From: Oculina patagonica
Taxonomy: Eukaryota
Direction: 5' to 3'
Assembly (NCBI RefSeq): GCF_052425735.1
Contig: NC_135758.1
Location: 10,230,001 to 10,294,000, forward strand
DNA length: 64,000 nucleotides
The notes under the pieces: generated by a model
What the model was told of the DNA's origin: nothing
Database searches by the model: none
Seen by the model: only the letters and a program-made list of their open reading frames with translations
Part shown: positions 11,941-26,200 of the stretch, piece after piece
How positions within the stretch are numbered: the first letter of the stretch is position 1
How the letters are laid out: each line of letters starts with the position of its first letter
Made by a program: the position numbers and the translations under genes

Positions 11941-14900
11941 AGATTATTCGTGGTTGTGAGCGCGTGCACTTTCCCTCGTCCGAAGTTCCTGGTTCTCTGT
12001 AGCCCTCACTTGAGAAGGGAATATACCGGAAAAGGAACTGTAAACGTGCATGACAAACGCTTCATTGCACAGCTCAGCTAACAGCTTCGTGGCACATATA
12101 CAAATTAACAAATTAAAGGTATCTTCCATCTGGTTTGGACCTTAACAAACGATTTTTAATTTCACTAATTAATGCTACCGGCAAAACTTCGAGTCAATTT
12201 TTAACAGTTGAAGATGTATTATACGTGCGCAGACTACATAATGCTCAATTTCATAAATTTTATTGATTCAATTTATTAAACTTATTATTCAATCGCCGAA
12301 GTAGTTCTTCTTCGGTCTGGTAATCGCTTTTACGTAATTTGCATATTTTTTTTGTTTTTCGCAATCTTGACTGAAAAGAGTAGGAACTTAGTATTTCGTA
12401 AGATGGCTTTGTCAGAAATACATGTCCATCTTAAAGCTTCTTATTCATCCATAAGATTTGAAAACGTCAGTTTTCTGGTAAACGTCGAGTGATCAGTCTT
12501 AAACTGCTCAAGCTGCTCAAGTTAAGGATTGTCATTTCTGATTTCATACTAATTCCCTAATAAAATCGAAAGAGGAAAATAGAAGTTTATGAGCTCGTCA
12601 TTTACAAGGAAACCACAAGTTTATAGATGTATTTAAAGCAGCCAATTGCGTACTTCAGTAAAATAAATCGATTTCCCTTTATTTTGGGGCGTTCAGGTGC
12701 TATCACACATGATCAGTGTAAAGTGCATCGGACTCTGTGCGGAAAAATGTCGCTACCCTGTTCGTCCCATTCTCTGAGAACAACTTTTAGATGTGCAGAA
12801 TTTATATACAATAATGAGAGAAAATCCAAATCTGCGCTTTTTATACCATTGTGCTAACTGCTTTGAGAATTTAAAAATCCGAGAAGGAAGTTTGTATGCC
12901 TATTTGAAAACCCGGACTTTGACCCAGTCGTACAAAAGTTGAATCACAACGCGGTACGACTTGCTAAGTGATGTTACTCGTATTTACTTTTCCTGTTTTT
13001 TTTTTTTATAGCCGCCAATCGCACAACTTGCAGCTGCATCAAAACGATCAATTTAGATGACTAAAGCTAACATTAATAAGATAATGATTTTATTATTCAT
13101 TTCCCACATGAATAAATATATTAAGTCCCTTCGTCGTCGAGTAAAAACCGTAAACTGAGCGGGAATGACAAATCTATACGCCTTGCCACTAATTTTCGCG
13201 CGGCGATTTTTAATGGTCGTTTTTGTCGCTTCATCATCATCATCAATTCTCCTCGCGCCAGTAGCGCATAAGGCCGATTTTGTCGCTTACTGCTCACGAT
13301 TTATGTGCGACTTATAGGCAAGTTATTTTATACGTCAATACGTTCAAAAGTGCATAAATAGGCAATATTTCGATTAAGCATTTTAGGTTTAATTTAGAAC
13401 TTGGCGCGTGAAACAGAGACTAGAGTTGTCCCAAAGTCGAATAATCCAACCACAAATATTTCTTTTAAAGGTGTGCTGTGACCTCAGAGGCTGTTCATAA
13501 AGCCAAATTAAAGTTTAGGATAGTGTCGGCTAGAATTTTCTATCCTAACCGTTAAATGATTATACTAGTAGCTAGCCACAAGCAAGTACACGAAGACGCT
13601 TTTTTTTTAAAAAAAAATAATTAATATGAGTATGTTAAATTTAGATCTCAATATTCCCGGAATATTTGATAGGAAGTACAAGTGTAGTGACAAAATGATG
13701 CAACCGAAACGCGATACTGAATTAACCATCAGACAGAAACAACAGCAGAAAGACTCAGACCTACTTTGAGCCAATAAAACGTTTGTCAATGGTGCAAGAC
13801 TTTATAAGCATTATTTACATAACATATTGTAAACCACAAAGGTTAACTGGACCTAACTGAAAAACAAATTTTAATTTGTTATCAACGACACGAGCCAATA
13901 CTAATCAGATTCGTTAGCGGGTAAAATTTGCAATGAAAAACAGGCCCTGTTTTAGCTGACTAATAACTTAACATTTCAGAAGCTTTCAGTACTTTTCCAA
14001 TGGTCCCAGAGGTTTTCTTTCTCTTTTCTTCTAATCAAGCTCTTCCGACTCATTAATTTAATCCTTTAATCTAGCATTTTAATCCCTTTATGGACAACAC
14101 ACTGGCAGTCATTGTTAAGCATCATGCAAAAGTTGATTTGAATGGTATCAACTTTTGGAGTCATTGCAAAACCTCGTACGTCATATGTCATTGCACAACC
14201 TGGTTACAAGTACATTTCGCAGCCTCACAACCATAGGCGTAGGAGGCGGGGGGCGAGGGGGGCTGCAGCTCCCCCCCCCCCTTTACCCCACAGCGCCGAA
14301 ATTTTTCGGGCAGAATGCTCAGAATTCGGGCAATAACAAATCTCAAAATACGTTCAAAACGAATTACCTCAACAAAAAAGTATTGGAAATATACCAAACT
14401 TTGTGGTTCAAAAGTCTAAATTTTTCATACCGCATACCGTGATATCTTCTCTGCTTTCGTTTCCTCTCGCAAATTGCGATAATTGTGTTCGATTTCTCTC
14501 GAAAATTCTGCGTGACCCCTTAGTTTGATTCAGTTGTAATCATTTTGAAGTGAGTGGGAAATTGGCGAGGGCTACCAGAAGTTAGGATTTTCCATAGCTT
14601 AAGGGCTTGCGCGCGATGGATGCAGTGTAAGACGCCTTTGAAACTAAGATGTTACAAATGTGATGAAGCTAATGCTCTGATAATGCTGTTGACTCAAACG
14701 TTTAGTTAGTTTAAAGGGCTAGCCTAAAACTTTCAACGAAATGTTTTAACCCATTTACCCCTGAATGTTTCAACCGCTTTTTTATAACTTTTAAGTGGGC
14801 GAAACCACTGTAAATTGGCTCACCAAAAATACTTTTATTTTTTCTGAACTAGAGTGAATAAAAAATTTCCGAAGAAAAAGGATTCAGTGCATTGACATCT

Positions 14901-15419
14901 TCGGAAAACGCCACGAAATTAATTGCAGGCAAGGTTTGTACACGACTATTTCAATGCACGTTTTTTTGTCCATTTTATATGCCTCTCTATTCGCTCTCAA
15001 CGCATGTCATTGTTTTGTTCGGGCAATAAGGTCTCTGCCCCCCAGGCCCGTACGCCTATGCTCACAACGAGGCGAGAGACTGAAAACGAATAAAATTTCT
15101 CGGAGTAGGGGAATGGGCACACAGCGGTCAAACGCAAAAATGACGTCACCTCTTCCGTCACCTCCGGTTTTCGGCGCCTCGAACTTTTCTGAGAATTTGT
15201 CTCGAAAGTGTGCAAACTTTATGGTACGGTGAAAGAACAGTAGCTAACAGTTCAAGCTGGGACACTCAGTGGAGATAAACTAGTGGTAACCACAGGTTAA
15301 AAAGTGCGGGCCTTGACGCACATAGACAAGGTACTGGAAGGCAGTGCCGATAAATTAATGACTGAAATGATAAAATGGACAAAAGACAATTATTCTGAGT
15401 AATGCGTCACGCAAGGATT

Positions 15420-15770
15420 TTTGCGGTGCAGTGTGAATTGAGATGTGATTTTTCTCAGTCGATAAACTCGCTATGTTGTAAGTGTTATAACGAATTTTTC
15501 GACAATAACCGTTGTTGGAATCATTCGCTTTCCCGTAATTTATCTGCGTCGATAAATAAATCATAAAATGGGCAAAAAACAATTATTCCGTGTAACGGGA
15601 ATGCATGTTTATAATTTTGCTTATTGCCGCGAACCGATCAAAGTTATCTTTTGATTGTCGATTTGGGAATTGTAATCGAGCACGCGGTGTGAACTGATCG
15701 GGATGTGAATTTTTCTCAGTCGGTAAACTCGCTATGTTGTCAGTGTTATAACGAATTTCTCGACAATAAG
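15420..15770. repeat. Local direct duplication, about 265-bp spacing
   Basis: tttttctcagtcgRtaaactcgctatgttgtMagtgttataacgaattt occurs at ~15448 and ~15710. Confidence 0.7.
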
Positions 15771-16282
15771 CAACACATAACGCCTTCCATGTGACAGAAG
15801 GTTTAGATCTTATGTGACAAGCTGTTGATAAAACTTATTTTTCGCATTCGTTCTTGGAGAACAGATTTTTCTCTTCCGGTGTTACGACAAACTGTTGTAA
15901 TTGACACATTTTCGCATTCCGATCGTGCTTAGTGGAAGAACAAACATTTTCAACTTCCGCTTCTCTATTCGGTTTATAAACGTGGCGCGCACGCGTAAAA
16001 CGCAATCCGCTGGTCACTGTCAAGATTAGGGTTGCGGGCCCAAGATTCTCTTGGGCCCGCAATTATCAAATTTCCAATCCATAAGCGGCGTATAAACCTT
16101 TACTCTCCAGGGACGGCGTTAACTTTTGGCTTTAAAGCGAAAGTTTTCAGAAAATTTAAGACTTTGTATGGAGAAGTTTGGCGGGAATTGCACAGTAACT
16201 GCGCACGCGCGCTGCGTTTGACCGCTGTGTGGGGAATGGGAGGCTCTGTCCTGGGCCGGGTTGTTCAAAGGTAATCCAGGAT

Positions 16283-16596
16283 AATAAAAATAAAAAATAT
16301 AAATAAATATGTGTTTGTAGTGGTCATGCACTTAGCTTCATATCTCAGCGAGATAGCTAGTTTACAGGCATGCCACTGAAACAGAGGAAACAAATAATTT
16401 ATAAATGAACATAACAAGGTTAAAAATCCCAACTGGCGGGAGGCAGACCAGTTGGCTATATACAAAGCGTGGTCGAGGATTTGAACTCGGGACAACCGAG
16501 AAACAAATCCAGCTAGTGGCAAGGGCAGGCCTCGAACCGGTGACCTCCGGATTACAACACCAGCGCCCTAAACCACTCGGCCACGCTTGCCTCCCT
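16283..16596 (-). mobile_element. tRNA-derived SINE
   Basis: Minus-strand head gggaggcaagcgtggccgagtggtttagggcgctgg...ggttcgaggcc with A and B boxes, then a non-tRNA body and a T-rich tail. Confidence 0.75.
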
Positions 16597-16864
16597 TGAA
16601 TTTTGATTTCAGCGCGAATTTTGATTTCAGCTTTTCAGTAAGTTTTTATGTTTATATTTTCCGTCGTTCAGTTTTGCCTTTGATTATCTCAAACTTTACA
16701 AAACGTAAGCAATAAAAACACTTTTATATAAGAGAAACTGAACTCTGCATTAACGTTTAATACTGGGTTAGTGTTAATCAGCTTTCAAATAACCAGGCCG
16801 TGAGCTCCAAACTGTAACCATTTTACATATCATTATCAACAAAAAATGTTACCCTTTCGTACCC

Positions 16865-17215
16865 CGTAGAATTCCGGTTATAAGCCCTGGGCTTATACAA
16901 CTTCGTAAGGGTTTTTGGGTGGGCTTATAAGCGGAGGGGCTTATATTCGGGAGGGCTTATAAGCGGAAGGAAAAAAACGTTTCGAAACAAGCCATCGGGA
17001 GTGTTGATTGAAATACGCTTTTAAGTTAAAACGCACAAACAAGCAACATTTAGCCCTGTTCAGTACTGTCATCCGGTAGAGGGGGGCTTATATCCGGGGG
17101 GGGGGGGGGCTTATAACCGGATGTATTTTTTTGTTTCCAAGTTGATGGGCCTATAACCGGGGGGGCTTATAAGCGGGAGGGGGGGGGGTGGGGGCTTATA
17201 AGCGGAATTTTACGG
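16865..17215. mobile_element. MITE with gggcttataa repeats, nested in another repeat
   Basis: Ends ccgtagaattccggttataagccc and gggcttataagcggaattttacgg. Confidence 0.7.
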
Positions 17216-17664
17216 TACCTTCAATAGTAAAATAGTACCCCTTTCACATACCTACAGAATGGCCACTGAATCTCTTTTCTTAACATTTCACTTGAATAAC
17301 CCCTAAGAATGCTTTAATTAACAAACCGTTCGGTGGATGTTTGGAATATTTTGAAAAGCACTTTTAAATACCTAAATGAAATTTCCCCCTACTTTTTGCA
17401 TACTCCAACTCGTAAAATCCCTACCCCTTTAGGAAGTACCACGCAGGGGAAAGTTTACGTGTAGCATATTACCATAAAATGAATGTTTGGGTGTGCAGGT
17501 TGTGTCTTACCATTTGCGCAGGGGTACTAAAGGGAGTTTTGGGTAGAGGCATGGTAGACACACTGACATGACGTCACAAACTGGATAACTCTTGCATTAC
17601 GCTCAACATAGTGAGACGGCCAGGGGACTGGGCTGTCTCTGCGACCGATTCAAACATTCACATC

Positions 17665-18052
17665 GCCGACCGGTTAGCTCAGTTGGTAGAGCGACGGACT
17701 ACAGTGCGGGAGGTCTCGGGTTTGAGTCCCAGACCGGACCAACACTCAGGGACTTAAAATAACTGAGGAGAATATGCTGCCTTTGCAATAACATCTGCAA
17801 ATGGTTAGATATTCTAGTCTTCTCGGATAAGGACGATAAACCGTAGGCCCCGTCTCCTGCATCTTCAGTGTTATGGTCAGCAGGGTACGTAAAAGAACCC
17901 ACACGCTTATCGTAAAGAGTAGGGCATGGAGTTCCCGGTGTTGTGGTCTGGTCTTTGGCCGTTGTATTGTGCTTTCTGTGAAATGCTCGGAGATATTAGC
18001 TGTATAAGCTACTCTTCAAATCCGAGGGTAAACAAAGTGATGATGATGATGA
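17665..18052 (+). mobile_element. tRNA-derived SINE with Nin/Deu-like core and (tga)n tail; fragments at ~21170-21302 (-) and ~53738-53975 (+)
   Basis: Head gccgaccggttagctcagttggtagagcg...gggtttgagtccc, core ctcggataaggacgataaaccgtagg, tail tgatgatgatgat. The block ttcccggtgttgtggtctgg is shared with the other two copies. Confidence 0.8.
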
Positions 18053-18353
18053 TTCTCGTCCCTAGAGCCGCCTGTCCTTCTTAAACGGCAGAGCATGGGG
18101 CACGAAGACCAAGTGGCTCTCGAGACACATCACTTGATTGGCTAAATTTTTAACAAGGAGAGTTAAAATCTAGCCAATGAAATCAACCGTATAAAAATAC
18201 CTTACAACATGGGGACTTTATTTTAAAATGGTTGATTTAAATTTCCTTTGCTAAAAATCTAGCCAAACAAATCATGTGTCTGCAGAGCCACTTGTTCCTC
18301 GTGCTCCAGCCTCTGCCGGCAAAGAGGGACGAGCGCCTCTGGAGACGAGAATG
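18052..18353. mobile_element. MITE (related copy at 53357-53668)
   Basis: Ends attctcgtccctagag and ctctggagacgagaat, with further internal inverted segments. Confidence 0.65.
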
Positions 18354-18559
18354 ATTCAGCGTTTGCCTGCCTAGAAACGCTCAGCTGCGACTTTGAAAGA
18401 CAAAACCACAAATAAGAACCAAATTGATAATTTATTCGCTAAACCAGAAACCAAGCTTGAGCAGGAATTAAATTCTCCACGAAGGTACACAAAATGATGC
18501 ATCAGCGATCGATGCAGTGTCTTTACACAGCTGTACAGTGCAAAAATTATCAAGTTTTA

Positions 18560-20198
18560 CTATCCGATCTTTTCCGTCATTTCAGGAACCGCCTGCAAGA
18601 AAAGAGAAGGTGCAATGAGCTATTTCTATTTATACATTGTATCACCATCCTGCTTTCAGCTTGTCATTGGACCCCCGATGTGTCAACATAAACTGCATTC
18701 TGTTTTTAAGCCAAATATACGTTGTTCTGTACCGCGATTGCTACGAAGGGCTACGCTCGAAACTTTAGCTTCCCAAATTCAATACGACGACTAAGTGGCG
18801 CAAGTTCGTTTGGGATCAATCAGGAATAAGAAGAATTGCAATAATGCGAGTTAGCGTTCGTTTGGCTGTTCTTCCTATTCCGGAATACTTGGCTTTCCAT
18901 TCCGGCTATTCTGCTCCCAGGAACAGAATAGGCGGAATGTATTCCAGAATATTCCCAAACGAACGCGCCCTAAGTGTTTTCTTGTCCACCGACGCAGTAC
19001 AACAGTTTATAAGTTTATCAATCAATTTAGTCATCCGAATCTAATAGCCAATGTACTTTTAATAACCAAAAACACGCGAACTTGAAATCTTTTTTACTTT
19101 ACCACTCGTGAACGGATAATTTACGATCAACTTTATCATTATTTAACAAAAAACAACTTTCTCTCGTGCCATCAATCTGGTTTTCGGTCTCTGCATTCCA
19201 CGCTCACCGCACTTATCGAAGCTACAGATAGCTGGGCCTTGGATATATGTCTGACATATTCGGAACCCAGAATGTACGCAGATGATACTAGCCTAACACT
19301 TGCTAGCACTGACATTGAGCATATAAATTATCGCTTTAATCACGACCTGAGAAATGTGTACGAATGGCTGTCTGCGAACAAGCTTACTCTAAATATGACG
19401 AAAACTGAGTTTATGCTTATTGCATCAAGGCAGAAGTTATCACAATTTACGGAAAGTCCCTCTCTTACTATAAATGAGAACGCAATAGAACAAGTTACCT
19501 CCGCTAAATCCCTCGGAGTTTATGTTGATCAAAATATAAACTGGGAGTGTCATATTGAAAACATTTCTAAGAAGATAGCTTGTGCCATTGGTGCAATTAA
19601 ACGAATTCGACATCTCACTCCATTTAATATTTTAATCAAAATTTATAATAGCCTTATTAGTAGTGTGGGGAAGCTGTAACAAGGGCCTTGCTGAAAAACT
19701 GCAAAGGCTTCAAAACCGCGCAGCTCGTACCCTAATGTCTGCGAGCTATGATAGTAATTTAGATGATTTGTTCCGGACACTGGGGTGGCGAAGACTCTAC
19801 TATCAAAGATTGGAACAGAAGTCTATCCTAATGTATAAAACATTACATGGTATGACTCCTGATTATCTGAGATCAAGATTCGTATATCGTGACGATGTTA
19901 GTGCTTATCGTTTAAGGAATACCGAAAACAAATTAGTTCTTCCACAACCTCGAACTGATTATCTCAAGAAACGTTTTTCGTACAGTGGAGCTCAGTTGTG
20001 GAACAACTTACCTGTAGACCTAAGGCAAGCATCTTCACTGGCCGATTTCAAATCTAAACTAAGTCGGCACAGTTTAAAGTAATATCTAAATTTTAAGTAA
20101 ATTTTAGACACGGCCTCCATGAAAAGCAGACTTTTCTTTTGTTATTTTGAATTTGTTGTTATTAAATTTTTGTAGTTAGTTAGATAGGTAGATAGTCC

Positions 20199-20250
<52 letters not shown>

Positions 20251-23200
20251 TTATCTTACTTACTTTAAATAAATCAGCAACCAAGCCGTAATCAGCCACT
20301 GAAAGAAAGCAAAGAACATGAGAGTTTTAGCGTTTGAGCAGCCCGGTAGACAGTTAAATATGTGGCATGGAGGGGGAGGGGGGGGGGGGGCAGTGGGATA
20401 GTCGTGCGGGACAAAGGAGTAACATTCGTGCGGAATAAGTGGAGACGGAATGGCCGTGTGGAAATGGGTGAGTGAACAGCCGTGTGGGTCAAGGTTAGGG
20501 GGGAGGGAGGGGGGCGTTTGGGAAAGGAGGAGGGAGGGGCAGGGGAAGCCCTGTCCTGTGGGCAGAGAAGCAATAAGTTTATCATTGGGCTGCAGACCTA
20601 CACATATACAGGTGTAAGAACGACAATGAAGACAACTTATAAGGAAGTATAATGGTCTGGTAGCATGGGTCTATTACTGAATACTACACATGAATAAGAT
20701 GCGAGATGTTAAGAGGTCACTACTTATACAGCACTTGAAATATAGCGGAAACTCTCTCCTCTGCAAAGTCTCAAAGGGCAGAAAATCTGTGGAGGGCCTT
20801 TACAAGGCCTTCTCAACATTTTTTGTCCTATCGGCCCGAAATTCGTCTGGGTACTTTATAACTTATTAGCACGGCTGCAAGAGACTCTCCCATTCCTCTC
20901 ATTGTATGTGCCTGCACTCACTTATTTTTCATTTAAAAGAGTCCCCCCCCCCCCCCAATTTCCCTTTTGAGCCTCGGCATAGGAGAGAGTCTATGCACCA
21001 CTCAACAAGACTGACCTTGGAAAATTGGAGCCTCTGGATCCTTATTGATTGCAACGATAGTCTTCAAACGAACAAACAAAAAAATCAGTAAATTTGCGAA
21101 TGCCAGTTTCAACAGTTTTCAAGGATAATTTTGATTTATGGCCTAGATCTATAAAAAATAAAACCCTACATAATGATAATGATAATGAGAATGAATTAAT
21201 ATAGCGCATTTTTCATGTGTATATGTTCAAATGCGCTGTACACCTACTTATTCACGTCTCAAAGGCCAGACCACAACACCGGGAGCTTCGTGCCCTACTC
21301 TTACATACATGTATATGCTCTCAAAGGATTGTTATGGAACAACACCACACTGAATTTAATTTGTTGCCAAGTAACCCAGCTGACAAATAATGTGTGCAAT
21401 TGATCAATTGATGCGACATCGACTGCTACATACAGCATAAATTACTGTTTTTAAGACTCAGTTTAATGGCAGTCATGAACTTGTTGTAGCACACCTTGCT
21501 GTCCTTCATTCCAGCTAAGTGTTGAATGGCACCAGAAATACCCACTGCTATGTAGAGTTCCTGTTGAAGACAACAAATCAAAGTGGTATTAAGAACATCC
21601 ACTGGAAAGGTTAGGAAAAGAGTTAACAAAAATATTAGGCTAATTCTGCAAACCAAAATTTGATGCATCTCACTAGTTAATGGTTGAATTATACTGCATC
21701 TGAGTGTACGCTCTAATGAAGAATATAATTTATTTACCTTACTTGTACATGTACAGTTGTAGTTCACAAAATGTATGTTGTGAAAGTCTTTTCATAAAAA
21801 AAAGTTTTTTTTATGTTCTTAAAGCTACTGAAGTTCTTGCTAGCTTATTGAACTTACAGGAGCCACCATTTTGCCTGTCTGTCCAACCTGCATGTCATTC
21901 GGTACATATCCAGCATCAACCGCTGCTCTTGATGCTCCAACTGTAGAGAAAAAACAATGGTTTATTATTCAAAGTCATGCCAACAAGCAGAGAAAATAGG
22001 TCTCTTGTTGCATAGTAATTTACATCATCCATCAGAGAGATGAATCAGAATGAGATTGGAACTACACGGAAAAATCCCATTACTTACCGGGTAATTTATG
22101 ATGGAGCAGTAGAGAGCTCTGCATAGTCACTTTCAAAGGCACAAACACACCTTATAGTTTTTTTTATGACTGTTTACTATGTTTTCTCAAATTTCTTTGT
22201 CACTGGTTCAGTTCAGTCTCTCATAAAGCTCTCCTTTCTATAATTTTACCACCAATACTTCTATCATAAACTCAGGGCTGCAAATAACAGCCGTTCATCG
22301 GACATTGGCGAACCAAAATTTGCTCATGTCCGACGAAATGCCAAGTGTGGTCGGACATGATGTCCGGACAATTTTTTGATCGTAAATCATTTTGCGACAA
22401 CAATAAATAAAAATCCAACCTTTTGTTTTAGTGATGTCTGATCACAATTTTGTTTTGTCCGACCAAGATGGTGTCTTAGTAGGACATATGTTCTTTCAAG
22501 TGAAATTTTTTTTTTTTTGCAGCCCTGTGAACTTAAAGTGAATGTTTGAAGGCAGAGCAGACTTGATCAATAATAAATGCACCTTGCTTTAATATTGTAC
22601 ATGTATGCAAGGCAAGACAAGAAGAAGAAAAGACCTTTTCTTTTTTATCCATGATAATTGATCAGGGTTGACTAAAGAAATACATGTACAGTACATGTAG
22701 ACTTAAGCCAAATAAAGTTTAGTCTTTATCATGTTCAAGCAGGTCATAAGATGAATTTGACTCCCACTGGGGACTCAAAAATGTTTCTTTTTTAACAAAC
22801 TAGGTACACAGTTAATTTCCTGATCTTACCTGCAGCATTTAACTTCTCAGCAAGTTTATAAAGCAATTCAAAATTCTCTCCACTCTTCAATCCTCTGCCT
22901 ATCATAAACATAAAATAAATTTCATTAGGATTGTTTCAAGTTTTAATTTCAAAGCTACATTTTGCAAAGTTTAATTATTATGTTGTACACTTTCTCTTTA
23001 ATTAAAACAAAACAAAATTAATAAAATGATATAAAATGTGCACACATTCATTGATGCAAACACGAAAGTGAGTGAGGTTGAAGTAATGCAAAAGCTGGTT
23101 CACATAAAGCATGCATGAATCATAACTGAATGCAAGGGTGGACAATGAAGAACTGTATTTGCGAGACCTCTCAAGTTTCATGTAAAAGATCAGGCAAGGA

Positions 23201-26200
23201 GACATTTTGATCAACGTAACTTTTCTTTTTCCACTCAAGAGATGTCTGGGATTTGACAAGAAAAATTCCATTCACTGATGGCATACCTCTAGCCGATCTA
23301 CAGAAATTCGAAAATGTCTAAGATTGGTATAAACTGTGTGATTATTTTAGAGAGCAACAACCAATATTGTAGATACATGGACTACACAAATCTTTAGTGC
23401 TACACTATGTCACCAAAGTGATTTTTTTTTAAAGTTAAATGGCAGATACCCCTTGAACAAAGGATGAATCAAGCATGCAAAAACACAATGTTCAAAGGAA
23501 TAAAAACAGAATAAAAAAACAAACAAAAAAAGAACAACAACTTATAATTATGACTTTGTTCACTACGGCTAGGGTACATGTAGGTCTGTAGCCCTGGGCC
23601 TTAAAGAATGCCATACCTCCAGACACGACCACCTTGGCACTTGTCAACTCGGGTCTGTCACTGACACTCAGCTCTTCACCAACCCACGCTGAAAGATCAT
23701 TACTGGTTTCTGCTGCTGGTGCTGTGAAGTTGGAAAAAAAATCTTAAAAAAGGGTCAAATAATAGCCAACTTTTACACAACACAGTACAGACCGTGGTGT
23801 AGCTACATTGTAAGATTTAAAACAAACATTATGTCTTTACCGTTTTCGCTGACAGCTCCACCGCCAGATGCTGCTGCAGCTTCAAAAGCAGTCCCTCTGA
23901 CAGTGAAGACCTTCACTGGATCATTACTTTTGCAAGTCAGGACAGCATTGCCTGAAAATAAAAAATTAATTATTAATTTTGTACTGTTAGAGTTACATGT
24001 ACTTCAGTCTCTTCAGTCTCTTATGCTAATTTTGGATAATTAAATTACTATACTCAGACAGAAAAGCTAAATCTGTTCAGCAGATAGCTGGTTTTCATAA
24101 GGGGCCTCTATCCGGGTCGAATTGGAACTTGGAAATGTTGGTTTTTCAGGGAGGAGGAAAATCGAGAACCCAGAGAAAACCCACTAACCCTACTAAGTGG
24201 CCACTTGCAATTTTCCAAAAGCTGGCTGCTTAAACAAACAACATATTAATCTTTTGGGACTTTTCCAACCGTAATACTCAAGTTTCTAATAATGAATATG
24301 CCTAAACAGCTTTGTCTATCAGAATTATGAAATTTTTAAATCCATGTTTTTTAGTCTCGATGCAGGGTGTTAATGCACCCTCTCTATAGTTTTTACAAGA
24401 AACTCTCAGCACAGGTGACCCAAGCACTTTATGAGTTTGTATTATAAAGCTGAAAATTCAATAAAAGTTGACAAAAATAAATAAACTGAAAATAAAGTTT
24501 TATTTTTTAATTGTGTTTGTGTGCCGTCACTGCCTTTGTACTTTAGAAGGGGTTTTGAGCGATTTGGAGTGATTTTGAGCATAATGTTAATAAATATGCT
24601 GGTACATCATTATGTACATTATTGTGACAAGGTTGGAATCAAACTGCACGAAGCATAACTGACCGCCTCGAGTAAAAGATAAACTTTCTCCCATAAATAC
24701 TTTTCGGTCCTCACTTAAATCACTCATTTACAACAAGGGATAATTTTCCCATGTTTTTGCCAGTCATGACACAGTTTCCACCAATTTTCAGCCACTAAGA
24801 ACCACGAGAAAACTCACTTTAGTGAAAACTTCCCCGCCATTTATGCGTGGCAAACAAAATTGTCTCCCGGCCATAAAGTGCTTGGGTCACCTGTGCTCTC
24901 AGATGATGTCTGTTCCCAATAACACCTACTACAGCTGTACTGTATGTATTTTTTATATAACCTATTAATTTTTCATTTATTTATTTGTTTATTAATTTCA
25001 TTTATTTTTTTTTTCAGAATTAACATAGTTTTTGTGTCCCCCATTAGCTGTTAAGCTAAACAAATTCACAGTCACGTTAAGAAAGTTCTCATTCGTTCAT
25101 TGGTTCCTTGGTTCATGGGTTCGTTTGTTTGTACAGTACACCAATGGCAGGGTTGTCAAAATAAGCCGGCAACCGCCGCATTTCACCGGCTATTACGAAC
25201 TCTGCGCTGGCTACACCGAATATTAGTAGGTCAGTTCTGAGTGTGTGTTATCAAGTTCTGAGTGTTTTGTAGTCGCTTACTTTTTGGATGGAACCTGCTA
25301 CTCAAAAACCTACCGACAACCTTGCATCAAAATATTGGAAAGTGCAATGTTCACTTTAATTTATTAATATTTATCACCTGCATAAATTGTCCTGACAAAT
25401 GTGTCCTCTGACTGAACCTCTATCACATCCTGCAGAGGGGCTACATCCAGAAGTGCAGCTACACGGGGAAGAACATTCTGAAGGAAGGAATTAAGGGTTA
25501 TGAAAAAAAGGTAACTGACAAGGACTACCTACTGCTACATGTAGTTCTCTGCACCAGTTCTTTCTCAAATGCTGCAATAAAAGTTTGAGACACTCAAACA
25601 AAAAAATTAACAAATACTAGCAATACTCTCAAAACTTAGGTCCTGTCCACACTAACCCGGGTAAATTTGAAAAGGCATCTTTTTTCTCTGGATAGGCCAA
25701 CCGTCCACACTGAAAGCAGAAACTCGCCAAAAATGGTACTTTTCAAAAACGCTCTCCAAAGTGGGTAAATTAAAAAATGCCGGCTAGGTGGTATACATGT
25801 AGTGTGGATTTCAAAATCGGGCGAAAATGGGACTTTTTGAAAACGCTGATTTCAAATAATAAGGTGATCGCTGTCAAAACAAAAGTTTAATTCTAAGCTT
25901 ACCAATAGCTCTGTGCATGGGTTGTAACTCTGCGTACGATTAAGCATACCATTTTCAAATTTACCTGGGTTAATGTGAACAGGGTCTAAAAGACTTGGGA
26001 GATGGATGTTTAAAAAAAAAAACGTCCTATGACTTCGAGATGCCATTTTAATAAGCCAAGACTTGAATAAAACTTAAGAAGGAAATACCTTTCCCATAGC
26101 TGTGGCACCAGCGGTTATGTGCGAGAAGTTGAATTGCTTTTGGGATCCAACAATCAGTGGAGCTAGGACCTCTGTACAAAGTTAAGACTGAATGTTAGTC

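Noticed and set aside
17665-17740. tRNA gene
   Set aside because: The acceptor and anticodon arms are imperfect, and the sequence continues into a SINE body and (tga)n tail, so it is a SINE head. The same applies to 16525-16596.
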